A stretch of 64,000 bases of DNA from an uncultured Actinomycetes bacterium (GCA_963755025.1 CAVWIH010000015.1:29910-93909); one strand, 5' to 3'. Counted from the stretch's first letter, positions 46,141 through 54,920 are shown. Program-made: numbers and translations. The notes: generated from the sequence alone by a model not told the origin.

Positions 46141-47109
46141 GTGGCCCCCGCCGACCTCGACGGCTGGACCGTGGCCGCCGACCTTACGCGCAGCGCCGCC
46201 GGTATCGGCGAACCGGGCTTGCGTCTCTATGCCGAGCGCCTGGCGGCGAGCGCGGTGTTGCAGCGCGCTACGCGGCTGGTCGGCCCCCTGCGCGGCGCCA
46301 CGCGCACGGTCCGCGAGCCCCTGCGCGAGCCCTACGACGGCGAGCTCGACATCGAGGCGACCCTGGGCAACGTGCTCGGCAAGCCGTTCGCGCAACCCGG
46401 CGACCTGATCGTGCAGCGCCGCGAGGAACGCCGTCATCAGGTCGTGCTCATGATCGACACCTCGCTCAGCATGGCCGGCGAGAAGATGGCGCTGGCCGCG
46501 GTGGCCGCCGCCGTGCTGGCGCTCAACCTGCGCGCCGGCGACCTCGCCGTGGTGCTCTTCTCCGACGAGGCTCGCGCAGTGGCGCGTCTGCACGAAGAGG
46601 TGGCGGTGGCGGAGCTCGTGCGGCGCATGCTGGCGGTGCCGTGCGGCGGCGCGACGAACGTCGCCGCCGCCCTCGCGCTGGGGCACGCCGAGCTCGAGCG
46701 CGGCCGCAACCCCCGGCGCAGCGCCGTGCTCGTGAGCGACGGGCTTTACACGGCGGGCGCCGACCCGCGCGCCGCTGCGGCGCGGTTCGGCGCGCTCCAC
46801 GTGCTGCTGACTCACGAGGGGCCGCGCGACGGCGCGCGGCCCGACCCCGGTGCGAACCGCGGGCTGATCGGGGCGGCGACCGGGAGCTCCGCGGCGACTG
46901 GGAGCTCCGCCGCACCCGCCGGCCGCCCCGGCGCCGGCCGCTCCGGCGGCTCAGGCGGCGGCATGAGCCGCTCGGGCGTCTGGATCGCCCCGAAGCGCTC
47001 GATAGGCGCCGACGTGGCGCGGGCCGGCGGCGGTCGCCTGGTGCACGTCGAGGGCTTCGCCTCGCTGCCCCGGCGCGTCCTCGACCTGGCCGACCACGTC
47101 CTGCGCTGA
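46141..47109 (+). CDS. von Willebrand factor A (VWA) domain protein, MoxR partner
   Basis: GELDIEATL, MIDAS DTSLSM, GGATNV, LVSDG; start uncertain. Confidence 0.85.
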   Translation: MAPADLDGWTVAADLTRSAAGIGEPGLRLYAERLAASAVLQRATRLVGPLRGATRTVREPLREPYDGELDIEATLGNVLGKPFAQPGDLIVQRREERRHQVVLMIDTSLSMAGEKMALAAVAAAVLALNLRAGDLAVVLFSDEARAVARLHEEVAVAELVRRMLAVPCGGATNVAAALALGHAELERGRNPRRSAVLVSDGLYTAGADPRAAAARFGALHVLLTHEGPRDGARPDPGANRGLIGAATGSSAATGSSAAPAGRPGAGRSGGSGGGMSRSGVWIAPKRSIGADVARAGGGRLVHVEGFASLPRRVLDLADHVLR

Positions 47110-47146
47110 GGCACCGTCCGGGCCAGAACCTGACTTCGTTGCGCGC

Positions 47147-47476
47147 CTAGTCGTGCGCCGGCGCGAACCAGCCGGCTTCTTCCATGGCTTTGGCGGCGAC
47201 GCGCATGCCGCGGGCGTCGCCGCGGGCCACCGAGACCGACACGCCGTCACCGAGCGCGGCCGCGACCTGGGCGACGTCGTCGTGGCTGTTTCCCGGGCAC
47301 AGCAGGACCGACTGCAGGCCTTCGTCGGCTACGAGCTCGCGACAGACGGCGACGGCCTGCTCGGTGTCGCGCACGACGACGCTGAACAGCCGGTAGAGGC
47401 CGGTCTCGATGAGCGAACGATCTCTCGCAGGGTCGGCGTCGGGGGCGTGGGCGATGAAGGCGGCGGTGAACGGCAT
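47147..47476 (-). CDS. DUF6506-like small protein
   Basis: AAFIAHAPDADP...EGLQSVLLCPG...VSVSVARGD; RBS GAAGGGAAGG. Confidence 0.7.
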   Translation of the reverse strand: MPFTAAFIAHAPDADPARDRSLIETGLYRLFSVVVRDTEQAVAVCRELVADEGLQSVLLCPGNSHDDVAQVAAALGDGVSVSVARGDARGMRVAAKAMEEAGWFAPAHD

Positions 47477-47572
47477 GGCGATCCTTCCCTTCAGCTGGTG
47501 CTTACGTCCTTGCCCCATGATGGTGAGCGCCGGGCTGTTCGAGCGCAAGCCTGTCTCACGATGAGCGCCGCG

Positions 47573-48841
47573 TCAAGGGCGCAGCGGGCCCTCGAGCTGT
47601 GGGGTCGCCGGCGGGTCGCCGTGGTAGAGCAGCGCGGCGGCCTGGCGGCTCTTGCCGCGCAGGTCGGCAAGCGTGAGGTCCTGCAGGCTGAGCGAGGCCA
47701 GCCCGGCGACGGCGCCCACCACGAGCTGCATGGCCTGCAAGCCCAGGGCGTAGGCCATCGCCGGGCCGGCGCCGACACCCGAGACGGCGAGCGCCGCGAG
47801 GGCGGCCGCCTGGAACGTGCCGACGTTGCCGGGGGTGAGCGGCACCAGACCGATGAGGTTGGTGAGGATCAGCACCAGGGCCGCGCCGCGCAAGCCCGCG
47901 CCGCCCAGGTGGAACGCCTGGAGCGCGGCCCAGGCCGCGCCGAGCTGGACCAGCCAGGCCACCGCCTGCACGGTCGCGACCAGCAGAGCCGACCACGGCT
48001 TGCCCATGATGCGCTGGCTGTCGAGCAGCGCCGGCCATTGCCGGCGCAGCCGGTCGCGTCGGGAGCCGCGGGCGCCCGCTCGCGCCGCGGTGGTCCCGGC
48101 GTCGCAGCGCTCCGTCTCGGCTGCGGCGTCCTGCCCGGCGCCCTGCCCTGCGCTCGGCCCGGCGTCCTGCCCGGCGCCCGGCGCCCGTTCGCGGCCGGCG
48201 CCACGCGCGTCGCGGCTGCGGCGACGCCGCTCGAGCACGATGCCGCCGACGATGAACGTGGCGGCCAGCACCGCGCTCGCGATCAGCACCTCGACGGCCC
48301 AGGGCGGCACCGAGAGCGCCGAGACGAACGAGAGCGCCAGCACGACGAAGGTCGCCACGGCGAAGAGCCGCTCGGTCAGCGCCATGCCCAGCGTGGTGGT
48401 GAACGGCACGGCTGCGCCGCGCCGGCGCAGGAGCACGTAGAGCGCGTAAGGGCTCAGCACGGTACCCACGCGGATGGGGATGATCGAGTTGGCGAGCAGG
48501 CCGATGCTGGTCGCCGAGAACGTGTCGCCGACGCGCGCACGCACGCCGCCCAGCGCGTCGACGATCACCTTCAGGGCCACGCTCCTGAGCAGGAGCGAAG
48601 CGAGCATCAGGCTGAGCGCGACGGCCAGCCAGCGCCAGTCTGCCTGCAGGAACGAGCGGCTCATGAGCGCCAGGTCGGCGTGCGCCGCGAGCAGGGCGGC
48701 CAGCGCGGCGACGGCCACCGCGCCCACGCACCAGCGCCGCGCCGGCGACGACATGAGGCGCGCGGTCGCAGACCCAAGGGCGCGCAACGTGCGGGCTGCG
48801 CGCGCGGGCAAGAGACACAGTGTGTCGCGGTCTGCGGTCAT
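47573..48841 (-). CDS. Lysylphosphatidylglycerol synthase transmembrane / flippase-like domain protein
   Basis: GLLANSIIPIRVG, TERLF, PLTPGNVGTFQ; multiple TMs; start uncertain. Confidence 0.8.
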   Translation of the reverse strand: MTADRDTLCLLPARAARTLRALGSATARLMSSPARRWCVGAVAVAALAALLAAHADLALMSRSFLQADWRWLAVALSLMLASLLLRSVALKVIVDALGGVRARVGDTFSATSIGLLANSIIPIRVGTVLSPYALYVLLRRRGAAVPFTTTLGMALTERLFAVATFVVLALSFVSALSVPPWAVEVLIASAVLAATFIVGGIVLERRRRSRDARGAGRERAPGAGQDAGPSAGQGAGQDAAAETERCDAGTTAARAGARGSRRDRLRRQWPALLDSQRIMGKPWSALLVATVQAVAWLVQLGAAWAALQAFHLGGAGLRGAALVLILTNLIGLVPLTPGNVGTFQAAALAALAVSGVGAGPAMAYALGLQAMQLVVGAVAGLASLSLQDLTLADLRGKSRQAAALLYHGDPPATPQLEGPLRP

Positions 48842-49051
48842 GGGCGCCTCGACCGTCGTCGGTTGTACGTGGGATCCGCGCTTGTGGGCTCGCGGTGAAC
48901 GCCGGCAGCCGGCGCGCTCGCTCGGTCGTGGGTGCGGCTCCGGTGTACTGCCTGTCGCCTGCGTTCGAGTATGGGGGCCTCGCCGCGCTCCGAGAAGCCT
49001 CGGACTACCGGGGCCACTGCGGGAGTCGCGCCGCGGCCGCGCACGCAGCGG

Positions 49052-50047
49052 CTACCAGACGAAGGCCCGGCCGATGTCGTACAGGGGGGCGCCGGGCGTG
49101 TCGCGGTCGACGGCTCCGACCACCACGATGGACTGACCGGGCGACACGTCGGCCACAGTCTCGCTCGTGACCACACCTGCGACCAGGGCGCGGATGACGC
49201 TGCGCGAGGTCGTGCTGAGCGTGAGGGAGCCGCCTGCCTTGTCGCTCACGGCGAGCGTGCCGCGCGCGACGTTCACGGTGACGGCGCCGGCGCCGGCATC
49301 GACGGCGCCGATCGTGCCGACGCACGAGAACCACGTCAGCTGATCGGTGGGCGCCACGTGGGTCGCAAGCACCAGGCGGGCGGTGAGCACCGGCACGGCT
49401 GCGTCGCTGCGATCGACGGAACCGGTCGCGTAGACGACGTCGCCGGCGGTGAGCTGGTCGATGGTCGTCGCGGCGGCAAGGCGACCGTGCATCACGTAGA
49501 GCTCGGCGCCGGCGGGCACGTCGATGACCGCGGTCTTACCGCGGAAGTCGGGCAGGCCGAACGACGTAGACGCCACGCGCACGGCCAGCGTGTCGGCCTG
49601 GAGGTCGACCGACGAGACCGTGCCGCGACAGACGAACCCCGTGCGCAGGTTGGGCTGCCACACCGCCGCCTTGCTCACCCAATAGACGAGCGCGGAAGGG
49701 TCGGTGGCGTCGATGTGTCCCCTCGCCGACAGGAGGTCGCCGACCGGCACGCCGGCGAGCTTGACCGGCACGCTCACGCCGTGCCAGATGGCGACGAGCG
49801 AGCTGTCGCCGGTGAGCGTCAGCGTGAGACTCTGGCCGAGCGACCCTTGCAGCGCGGTCGAGGCGCGCGTGACCGTAACGGTCACGGTGTTCGCCTGCCG
49901 GTCGACGGCGGTGACCTTGCCGAGGCAGCCGAAGGCCTGGGTCGTGGGGGTGGCGGCGAGCGCCTGCGCGGCGCACACGAGCGCGAACGCCACGACCAAG
50001 ACGACAGGCAGAAGCTTCTTGGCGGCCTTGCCGTTCAGCATGGTCAT
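49052..50047 (-). CDS. Secreted protein with three OB-fold-like (DUF5666-like) repeats
   Basis: Signal peptide ending ALA; three ~100-aa repeats each starting F-x-C-x-G-x-V/I-x-x-V-D. Confidence 0.7.
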   Translation of the reverse strand: MTMLNGKAAKKLLPVVLVVAFALVCAAQALAATPTTQAFGCLGKVTAVDRQANTVTVTVTRASTALQGSLGQSLTLTLTGDSSLVAIWHGVSVPVKLAGVPVGDLLSARGHIDATDPSALVYWVSKAAVWQPNLRTGFVCRGTVSSVDLQADTLAVRVASTSFGLPDFRGKTAVIDVPAGAELYVMHGRLAAATTIDQLTAGDVVYATGSVDRSDAAVPVLTARLVLATHVAPTDQLTWFSCVGTIGAVDAGAGAVTVNVARGTLAVSDKAGGSLTLSTTSRSVIRALVAGVVTSETVADVSPGQSIVVVGAVDRDTPGAPLYDIGRAFVW

Positions 50048-50271
50048 GCCTTCGTCCCCTTACGTCTCGCGATCCTGATGCACCCCTCCGAGCCCGGCGT
50101 AGGGCAAAGCGTGGCGGGGTCCCGCAGTACTCCTATCGGCAGGAGACCTGCCGGGCTGCAGCTTCGAGGCGGGTCCCGGCACAGGCGTCGCGGCGATTCC
50201 CGAGCCTGCGCGGCGGTCGCCGCCAGGCCTGACAACACTTGTGGGGCGTGGGGAGCGGCGCAGCGGCGCCG

Positions 50272-50386
50272 TGGGCGCGAAACGGGCGCGTCGACAGGCG
50301 CGAAACCGGTGCGCCGATGGGCGCGAAACGCGCGCGTCGATGGGCGCGAAACGGGCGCGTCGATGGGTGCGAAACCGGTGTGCGGC
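50272..50386 (+). repeat. 23-bp tandem repeat x5 (TGGGCGCGAAACGGGCGCGTCGA consensus)
   Basis: Read directly; immediately downstream of the mltG stop; no spacers. Confidence 0.9.
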
Positions 50387-50387
50387 C

Positions 50388-51446
50388 TTACTTGGAGCGC
50401 GCGCCGTCTTTGAGGAACTGGCTGTAGGTGTCGGAGAAGTAGAGCGGTCCGGTGCCGTCGGCGCGGCCCACGTAGTAGAGGTAGCCGGCGTGGACCGGCT
50501 GGGCCGCCGCGGTGAGCGTGGCCAGGCCCGGATTGTCGATCGGCGTGGGCGGCAGCCCGAAGTGCAGGTAGGTGTTGTAGGGCGAAGCGACCTTGAGGTC
50601 GGCGTAGGAGAGCGCGTCCTTGTGGCGGCCGAGGGCGTACAGCACGGTGGCGTCGATCTGCAGCTTCATGCCCAGCCGGAGGCGGTTCCAGATGACCGCG
50701 GCGATCTTGGCCCGGTCGCCGGGGGCGCGCGCCTCGCGTTCGATCATGGAGGCGATCGTGACGACGTCGTAGGGCGTGAGGTTCGCCTTGGCGGCTCGCT
50801 TGAGGTCGACCTGGGCGAGGTTCGCCTGGAAGGCGGCGAGCTGCAGCTCGATGAAGTGGCGCGGCGTCACGTTGGGCAGCACGTCGTAGGTGGCGGGGAA
50901 GAGAAGGCCCTGCAGGGTCGTGCCGCGCTTGTAGCCCGCCACCGGTACGCTGCCCGGGTAGTGGCGTGTGAGCGCGACGTACTGGGCGGCCCGGAAGTGC
51001 GGGATGACGGAGCTCAGGCGCGCGGCGGTCTGGGCGATGGTGAAGCCTTCGGGGATGGTGACCTTGTAGGTGCGCTGCTTCACGCCGGCGATGAGCGCCG
51101 CGACCAGGGCGCCGTAGGGCTCGTTGACGCGCAGCTCGTAGGTGCCGGCCTTGAGCTGCGAGCCGTGGCCGTCGAGCCGGGCGCGGATCTCGAAGGCCAG
51201 CGCGTGCGGCACGACGCCGCGGGCGGCGAGGATATCGGCCACGTCGTTCAGGCTGGAGCCCGCCGGGATGGTCACCGAGACGGGGCCGCCCTCGGGCCCT
51301 GTGTGCAGCAGCCAAGCCGCGCCGGCCGCCGCGCCCACCACCAGCACGACCAGCAGCGCCAGCACGACGACCGCGATGCGTCGCCGGCGGCGCTGCCTGC
51401 GCCGCAGCTGCGGCCTGTCACTGCGATATGGCGTCTGACCTGTCAT
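50388..51446 (-). CDS. mltG: Endolytic transglycosylase MltG (YceG)
   Basis: Arg-rich N-tail + TM, TIPEG, GLLFPATY, IASMIERE, NRLRLGMKLQIDATV, SPYNTY..GLPPTPI.NPG. Confidence 0.93.
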   Translation of the reverse strand: MTGQTPYRSDRPQLRRRQRRRRRIAVVVLALLVVLVVGAAAGAAWLLHTGPEGGPVSVTIPAGSSLNDVADILAARGVVPHALAFEIRARLDGHGSQLKAGTYELRVNEPYGALVAALIAGVKQRTYKVTIPEGFTIAQTAARLSSVIPHFRAAQYVALTRHYPGSVPVAGYKRGTTLQGLLFPATYDVLPNVTPRHFIELQLAAFQANLAQVDLKRAAKANLTPYDVVTIASMIEREARAPGDRAKIAAVIWNRLRLGMKLQIDATVLYALGRHKDALSYADLKVASPYNTYLHFGLPPTPIDNPGLATLTAAAQPVHAGYLYYVGRADGTGPLYFSDTYSQFLKDGARSK

Positions 51447-51586
51447 GGCTCTCTTCGTCGCTCAGGCGCTCGCACCCGGGTCGCCGTCGGCGCGGGTCGG
51501 CGTGGCGCCTTCGGGAGAAGGCGCACGCCGATGCAATCACACCTGACGTCGTGGCGCCAGCCCGGCGGCTCGAAAGCCGCCCAGAC

Positions 51587-52996
51587 TCAGAAGGCCAGGT
51601 CGCGCTGCCCCTGGTCGATGGCGGAGAGGCGCGCCAGCAGCTCGGTCTTGGCGTCGTCGTCGGGCAGCTTGGCGAGCTCGGCGGCGATCAGCTCGGAGCC
51701 CCGCCGCCGCACGTCGGGCGAGCCGTAGTCGGTGATGTACTCCTTGAGCGTGAGCAGCGCGTTCGGCGTGCAGAAGCGCTTGATGAAGCCCGGGATGGCG
51801 AACTCCATGAAGTGTTCCCCGGTGCGGCCCTTGCGGTAGCAGGCGGTGCACCACGAGGGGATCTCGTCCATCTCGAGCAGCTCGCCGACGATCTCGTCGA
51901 GCGCCCGGTTGTCGCTCAGGCGGAACTGCTCCTTCTTCAGGTCCTGCTCCTCGGCGGCCTCGCTGTAGCCGCCGAGCTCGATGTGCGAGCCGCCGTCGAT
52001 CTGCGAGCAGCCGAAGTCGAGCAGCCGGCGGCGCAGCGCGGCCGGCTCGCGGGCGGTCAGGATCATGCCGGTGTAGGGCACCGAGAGGCGCAGGATGGCG
52101 ATCAGGCGGGCGAAGTCGTCGTCGCTCACGGTATAGGCCGAGTCGAGCGCCCGGTTGCTGGCGTCTTTGATGCGCGGGAACGAGAAGGTGTGCGGGCCGC
52201 AGCCGAAGGTGTCCTCGAGGTGGATGGCGTGGGCGAGCAGGCCGAGCGCCTCGAAGCGCCAGTCGTAGAGGCCGAAGAGCGCCCCCAGACCGACGTCGTC
52301 GCAGCCGCCCTCCATGGCGCGGTCCTGGCCGTAGAGGCGCCAGAGAAAGTCGGACTTGTTGCCGTGCGGGTGCATGGCGGCGTAGGTCGGGCGGTGGTAG
52401 CTCTCCTGGAAGATCTGGTAGGTGCCGATGCCCGCCTTCTTCATCTTGCGATAGCCCTCGACGTCTAAGGGCATGCAGTTCACGTTGATGCGGCGGATCT
52501 CGCCGTTGCCTTCGCGCACGCTGTAGATGACCTCGACAGCGTGGGCGATCACGTCGGCGTCGTAGTCGGGGTGCTCGCCGTAGTCGATGACGATGCGCTT
52601 GTGGCCGGCGCGGATCAGGGCCAGCACCTCGGCGCGCAGCTCGTCGTCGGTCAGCGTGCGGCGCACGATGTCGCGGTTGTCGGCGCGGAAGCCGCAGTAC
52701 ACGCACGAGTTGGTGCACTTGTTGCCTATGTAGAGCGGCGCGAAGAGCACGATGCGGTTGCCGTAGACCGTCCGCTTGAGCAGGCGAGCCGCGTCGAAGA
52801 GCTCCTGTTGCAGGGCCGGGTCGGTGACCGACAGCAGGGCCGCCATCTCGGGCAGCTCGAGGCGTTGCTTCGACAGCGACTTGGCGAGGATCTCGCGGAC
52901 TTCGGGCGCTTCGGCCGGAGGGCGTTGCAGCAGCTCTTCGATCTGCGCGGCCGGGATGAAGTCGGTCAGGCCTTCACTCGTGGGATGCAGCAACAT
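51587..52996 (-). CDS. hydG: [FeFe]-hydrogenase H-cluster radical SAM maturase HydG
   Basis: RIVLFAPLY, CTNSCVYC (radical SAM), GTYQIFQESY, GPHT dangler His, C-terminal CTAC-x22-C second cluster motif (absent in ThiH). Confidence 0.92.
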   Translation of the reverse strand: MLLHPTSEGLTDFIPAAQIEELLQRPPAEAPEVREILAKSLSKQRLELPEMAALLSVTDPALQQELFDAARLLKRTVYGNRIVLFAPLYIGNKCTNSCVYCGFRADNRDIVRRTLTDDELRAEVLALIRAGHKRIVIDYGEHPDYDADVIAHAVEVIYSVREGNGEIRRINVNCMPLDVEGYRKMKKAGIGTYQIFQESYHRPTYAAMHPHGNKSDFLWRLYGQDRAMEGGCDDVGLGALFGLYDWRFEALGLLAHAIHLEDTFGCGPHTFSFPRIKDASNRALDSAYTVSDDDFARLIAILRLSVPYTGMILTAREPAALRRRLLDFGCSQIDGGSHIELGGYSEAAEEQDLKKEQFRLSDNRALDEIVGELLEMDEIPSWCTACYRKGRTGEHFMEFAIPGFIKRFCTPNALLTLKEYITDYGSPDVRRRGSELIAAELAKLPDDDAKTELLARLSAIDQGQRDLAF

Positions 52997-53264
52997 AGGG
53001 GGCGGCTCCTTGCGCGGGGGTCTTGGCCATGAGGGACCTGACCTGAACGCCGGGGAGCTTGCCGAGCTTGCCGGTGAGCGCGCTCAGACGCTCGACTGAG
53101 GTGTCGGTGATCAGCGTGATGACGTTCACGCCGCGCTCCGGGTACGGCACTCCGAGCCGTCCGATGATCTCATCGCCGAACTCCGAGATGAGCTCATTGA
53201 TGACGGTCACCGGGGCGTCGTGACGCGCCGCGATGATGGAGATGGTACCGAGCCTCTTTTCCAC
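52974..53264 (-). CDS. TM1266 family iron-only hydrogenase system putative regulator (ACT-like)
   Basis: EKRLGTISII...IIGRLGVPY.ERGVNVITL...LSALTGKLGKLPGV; overlaps the hydG start. Confidence 0.88.
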   Translation of the reverse strand: MEKRLGTISIIAARHDAPVTVINELISEFGDEIIGRLGVPYPERGVNVITLITDTSVERLSALTGKLGKLPGVQVRSLMAKTPAQGAAPYVAASHE

Positions 53265-53277
53265 CGGATGGTGCTCC

Positions 53278-53293
53278 CGTGAATCAGATCACA
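53278..53293. promoter_or_regulatory. Crp/Fnr- or Rex-like palindromic operator
   Basis: CGTGA-atcaga-TCACA just upstream of the TM1266-hydG start. Confidence 0.5.
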
Positions 53294-53415
53294 TGGTCCT
53301 TGCTCACAGGGTAGTCGACGACGGCCGTTTTCACAACCGTGGCGCTGTTTACTTGAGCTGCCCGCCGTCGCCGGAGCGCCGCTTGCGTGGACTGTCCGCC
53401 CGAACGGAGCGCCCT

Positions 53416-53994
53416 CTACTTGAACTGCTTGCCCATCGAGAACGCGGGCCCGATGAGCTCGCCGAGCGCGAAGTAGCCGCCCGCCTCGATCGCCAGGGCG
53501 ATGGGGTCGAGCAGGCGCACGTCGACGCGACCCTCGGCGTCGAGGCAGCTCTCGTCGACCTTCACGTCTTTGACCTCGCCGACGAACTGGGTGTGCAGGC
53601 CGAGCTCGTGGGTCTGCACGAGCGCGCACTCGAGCACGAGCGGGAACTCGCCGACATACGGCGCGTCGACCAGCTCGCTCGCCACCGGCGTGAGGCGGGT
53701 GGCGGCGAACTTGTCGACGTCGCGCCCGGAGGCGAGGCCGAAGTAGTCGGCGGCGGCGGTCTGCGCGCGGCCGGGCAGGCTCACGGTGAACGCGCGCCGC
53801 GCCACGATGTTGGCGTGCGAGGCGGTCGCGGCGCGCAGCGAGACGCAGATGCAGGGCGGCTTGGAGCAGGCGATGCCGCCCCAGGCCGCGGTCATGACGT
53901 TCGGCTTGCCGGCGTCGCTGTAGCTGCCCACGACCAGCACGGGCGTGGGGTAGAGCATTGTCTTGGCTCCCATCGACTTCTTCACGGTGTTCAT
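53416..53994 (-). CDS. Flavin reductase-like protein (flavoredoxin family)
   Basis: YPTPVLVVGSY...PNVMTAAWGG..CSKPP, DYFGLASGRDVDKF, LHTQFVGEV; RBS AAGGAGG. Confidence 0.9.
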   Translation of the reverse strand: MNTVKKSMGAKTMLYPTPVLVVGSYSDAGKPNVMTAAWGGIACSKPPCICVSLRAATASHANIVARRAFTVSLPGRAQTAAADYFGLASGRDVDKFAATRLTPVASELVDAPYVGEFPLVLECALVQTHELGLHTQFVGEVKDVKVDESCLDAEGRVDVRLLDPIALAIEAGGYFALGELIGPAFSMGKQFK

Positions 53995-54128
53995 GTGGCC
54001 TCCTTCAAGCGGGGGGCGCGACGGCGCGGCCCGCGGTACCTGACGATCGTGTGACACGGAGCATACGCCACCGGCCGGCGCGGTGAGGCGGCCCGTGGCC
54101 ACTCGTCCGGGCCGGCCCCCCAGACGAT

Positions 54129-54146
54129 TCACAGCAAGCTCACAGA
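54129..54146 (+). promoter_or_regulatory. PhoP-type direct-repeat box upstream of the response regulator (autoregulatory)
   Basis: TCACAGC-aagc-TCACAGA. Confidence 0.7.
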
Positions 54147-54206
54147 TGATTCCTTGCCGGCGTTCAGGCGCCGGTGTCATGCTGGGCTGCGAGGAGGTGG
54201 TCCAAC

Positions 54207-54910
54207 GTGAACTCGAACAGTCAGTCCAGGCGGATCCTCGTCGTCGACGACGAGCCGTCGATCGTCGACGCCGTGGCCACGTCGCTGCGCTACGAAGGGT
54301 TCGACGTCGCCGAGGCGACCACGGGCCGCGGCGCGCTCGACTCGGTGCACGGAACGCGCCCCCGACCTGATCGTCCTCGACATCATGCTGCCCGACTTCG
54401 ACGGCCTCGAGGTGACACGGCGCCTGCGGGCGCGCGGCGTCGAGGCTCCCGTGCTCTTCCTGACCGCCCGCGACGCCATCAGGGACAGGCTGGCCGGGCT
54501 TGTCGGTCGGTGCCGACGACTACGTCACCAAGCCGTTCGCCCTGGCCGAGCTCGTGGCGCGCGTCCACGCCATCTTGCGCCGGACCGCCGGAGAGGCCGC
54601 CGGCGACCAGCCGCTGCGCTTCGCCGATCTCGAGATGGACGAGAGCATCCACGAAGTGCGCCGCGCCGGCGTGCCGATCGCGCTCACGGCCACCGAGTAC
54701 AGCCTGCTGCGCTTCTTCTTGTTGAACCCGCGCCACGTGGTCTCGAAGATGCAGATCCTCGATCACGTCTGGCACTACGACTTTCAAGGCAACGCGAACG
54801 TGGTCGAGACCTACGTCGGCTACCTGCGCAAGAAGCTCGACCGGCACGGCCCGCCGCTGATCCACACGATCCGCCGGGTCGGCTACATCTTGCGCGACGC
54901 CACGGCGTAG
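54207..54910 (+). CDS. OmpR-family response regulator (mycobacterial PhoP/TcrX-like), with two +1 frameshifts (~54360, ~54499)
   Basis: [40 protein letters not shown]...[12 protein letters not shown] in three successive frames. Removing 2 nt gives a 702-nt ORF. RBS GAGGAGG. Confidence 0.85.
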
Positions 54911-54920
54911 GGCGACAGCG

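Noticed and set aside
50272-50386. Possible CRISPR array
   Set aside because: 23-bp units are contiguous and degenerate, with no spacers.
51587-52996. ThiH (thiamine biosynthesis) assignment
   Set aside because: The C-terminal Cx2Cx22C motif and the adjacent TM1266 gene indicate HydG.
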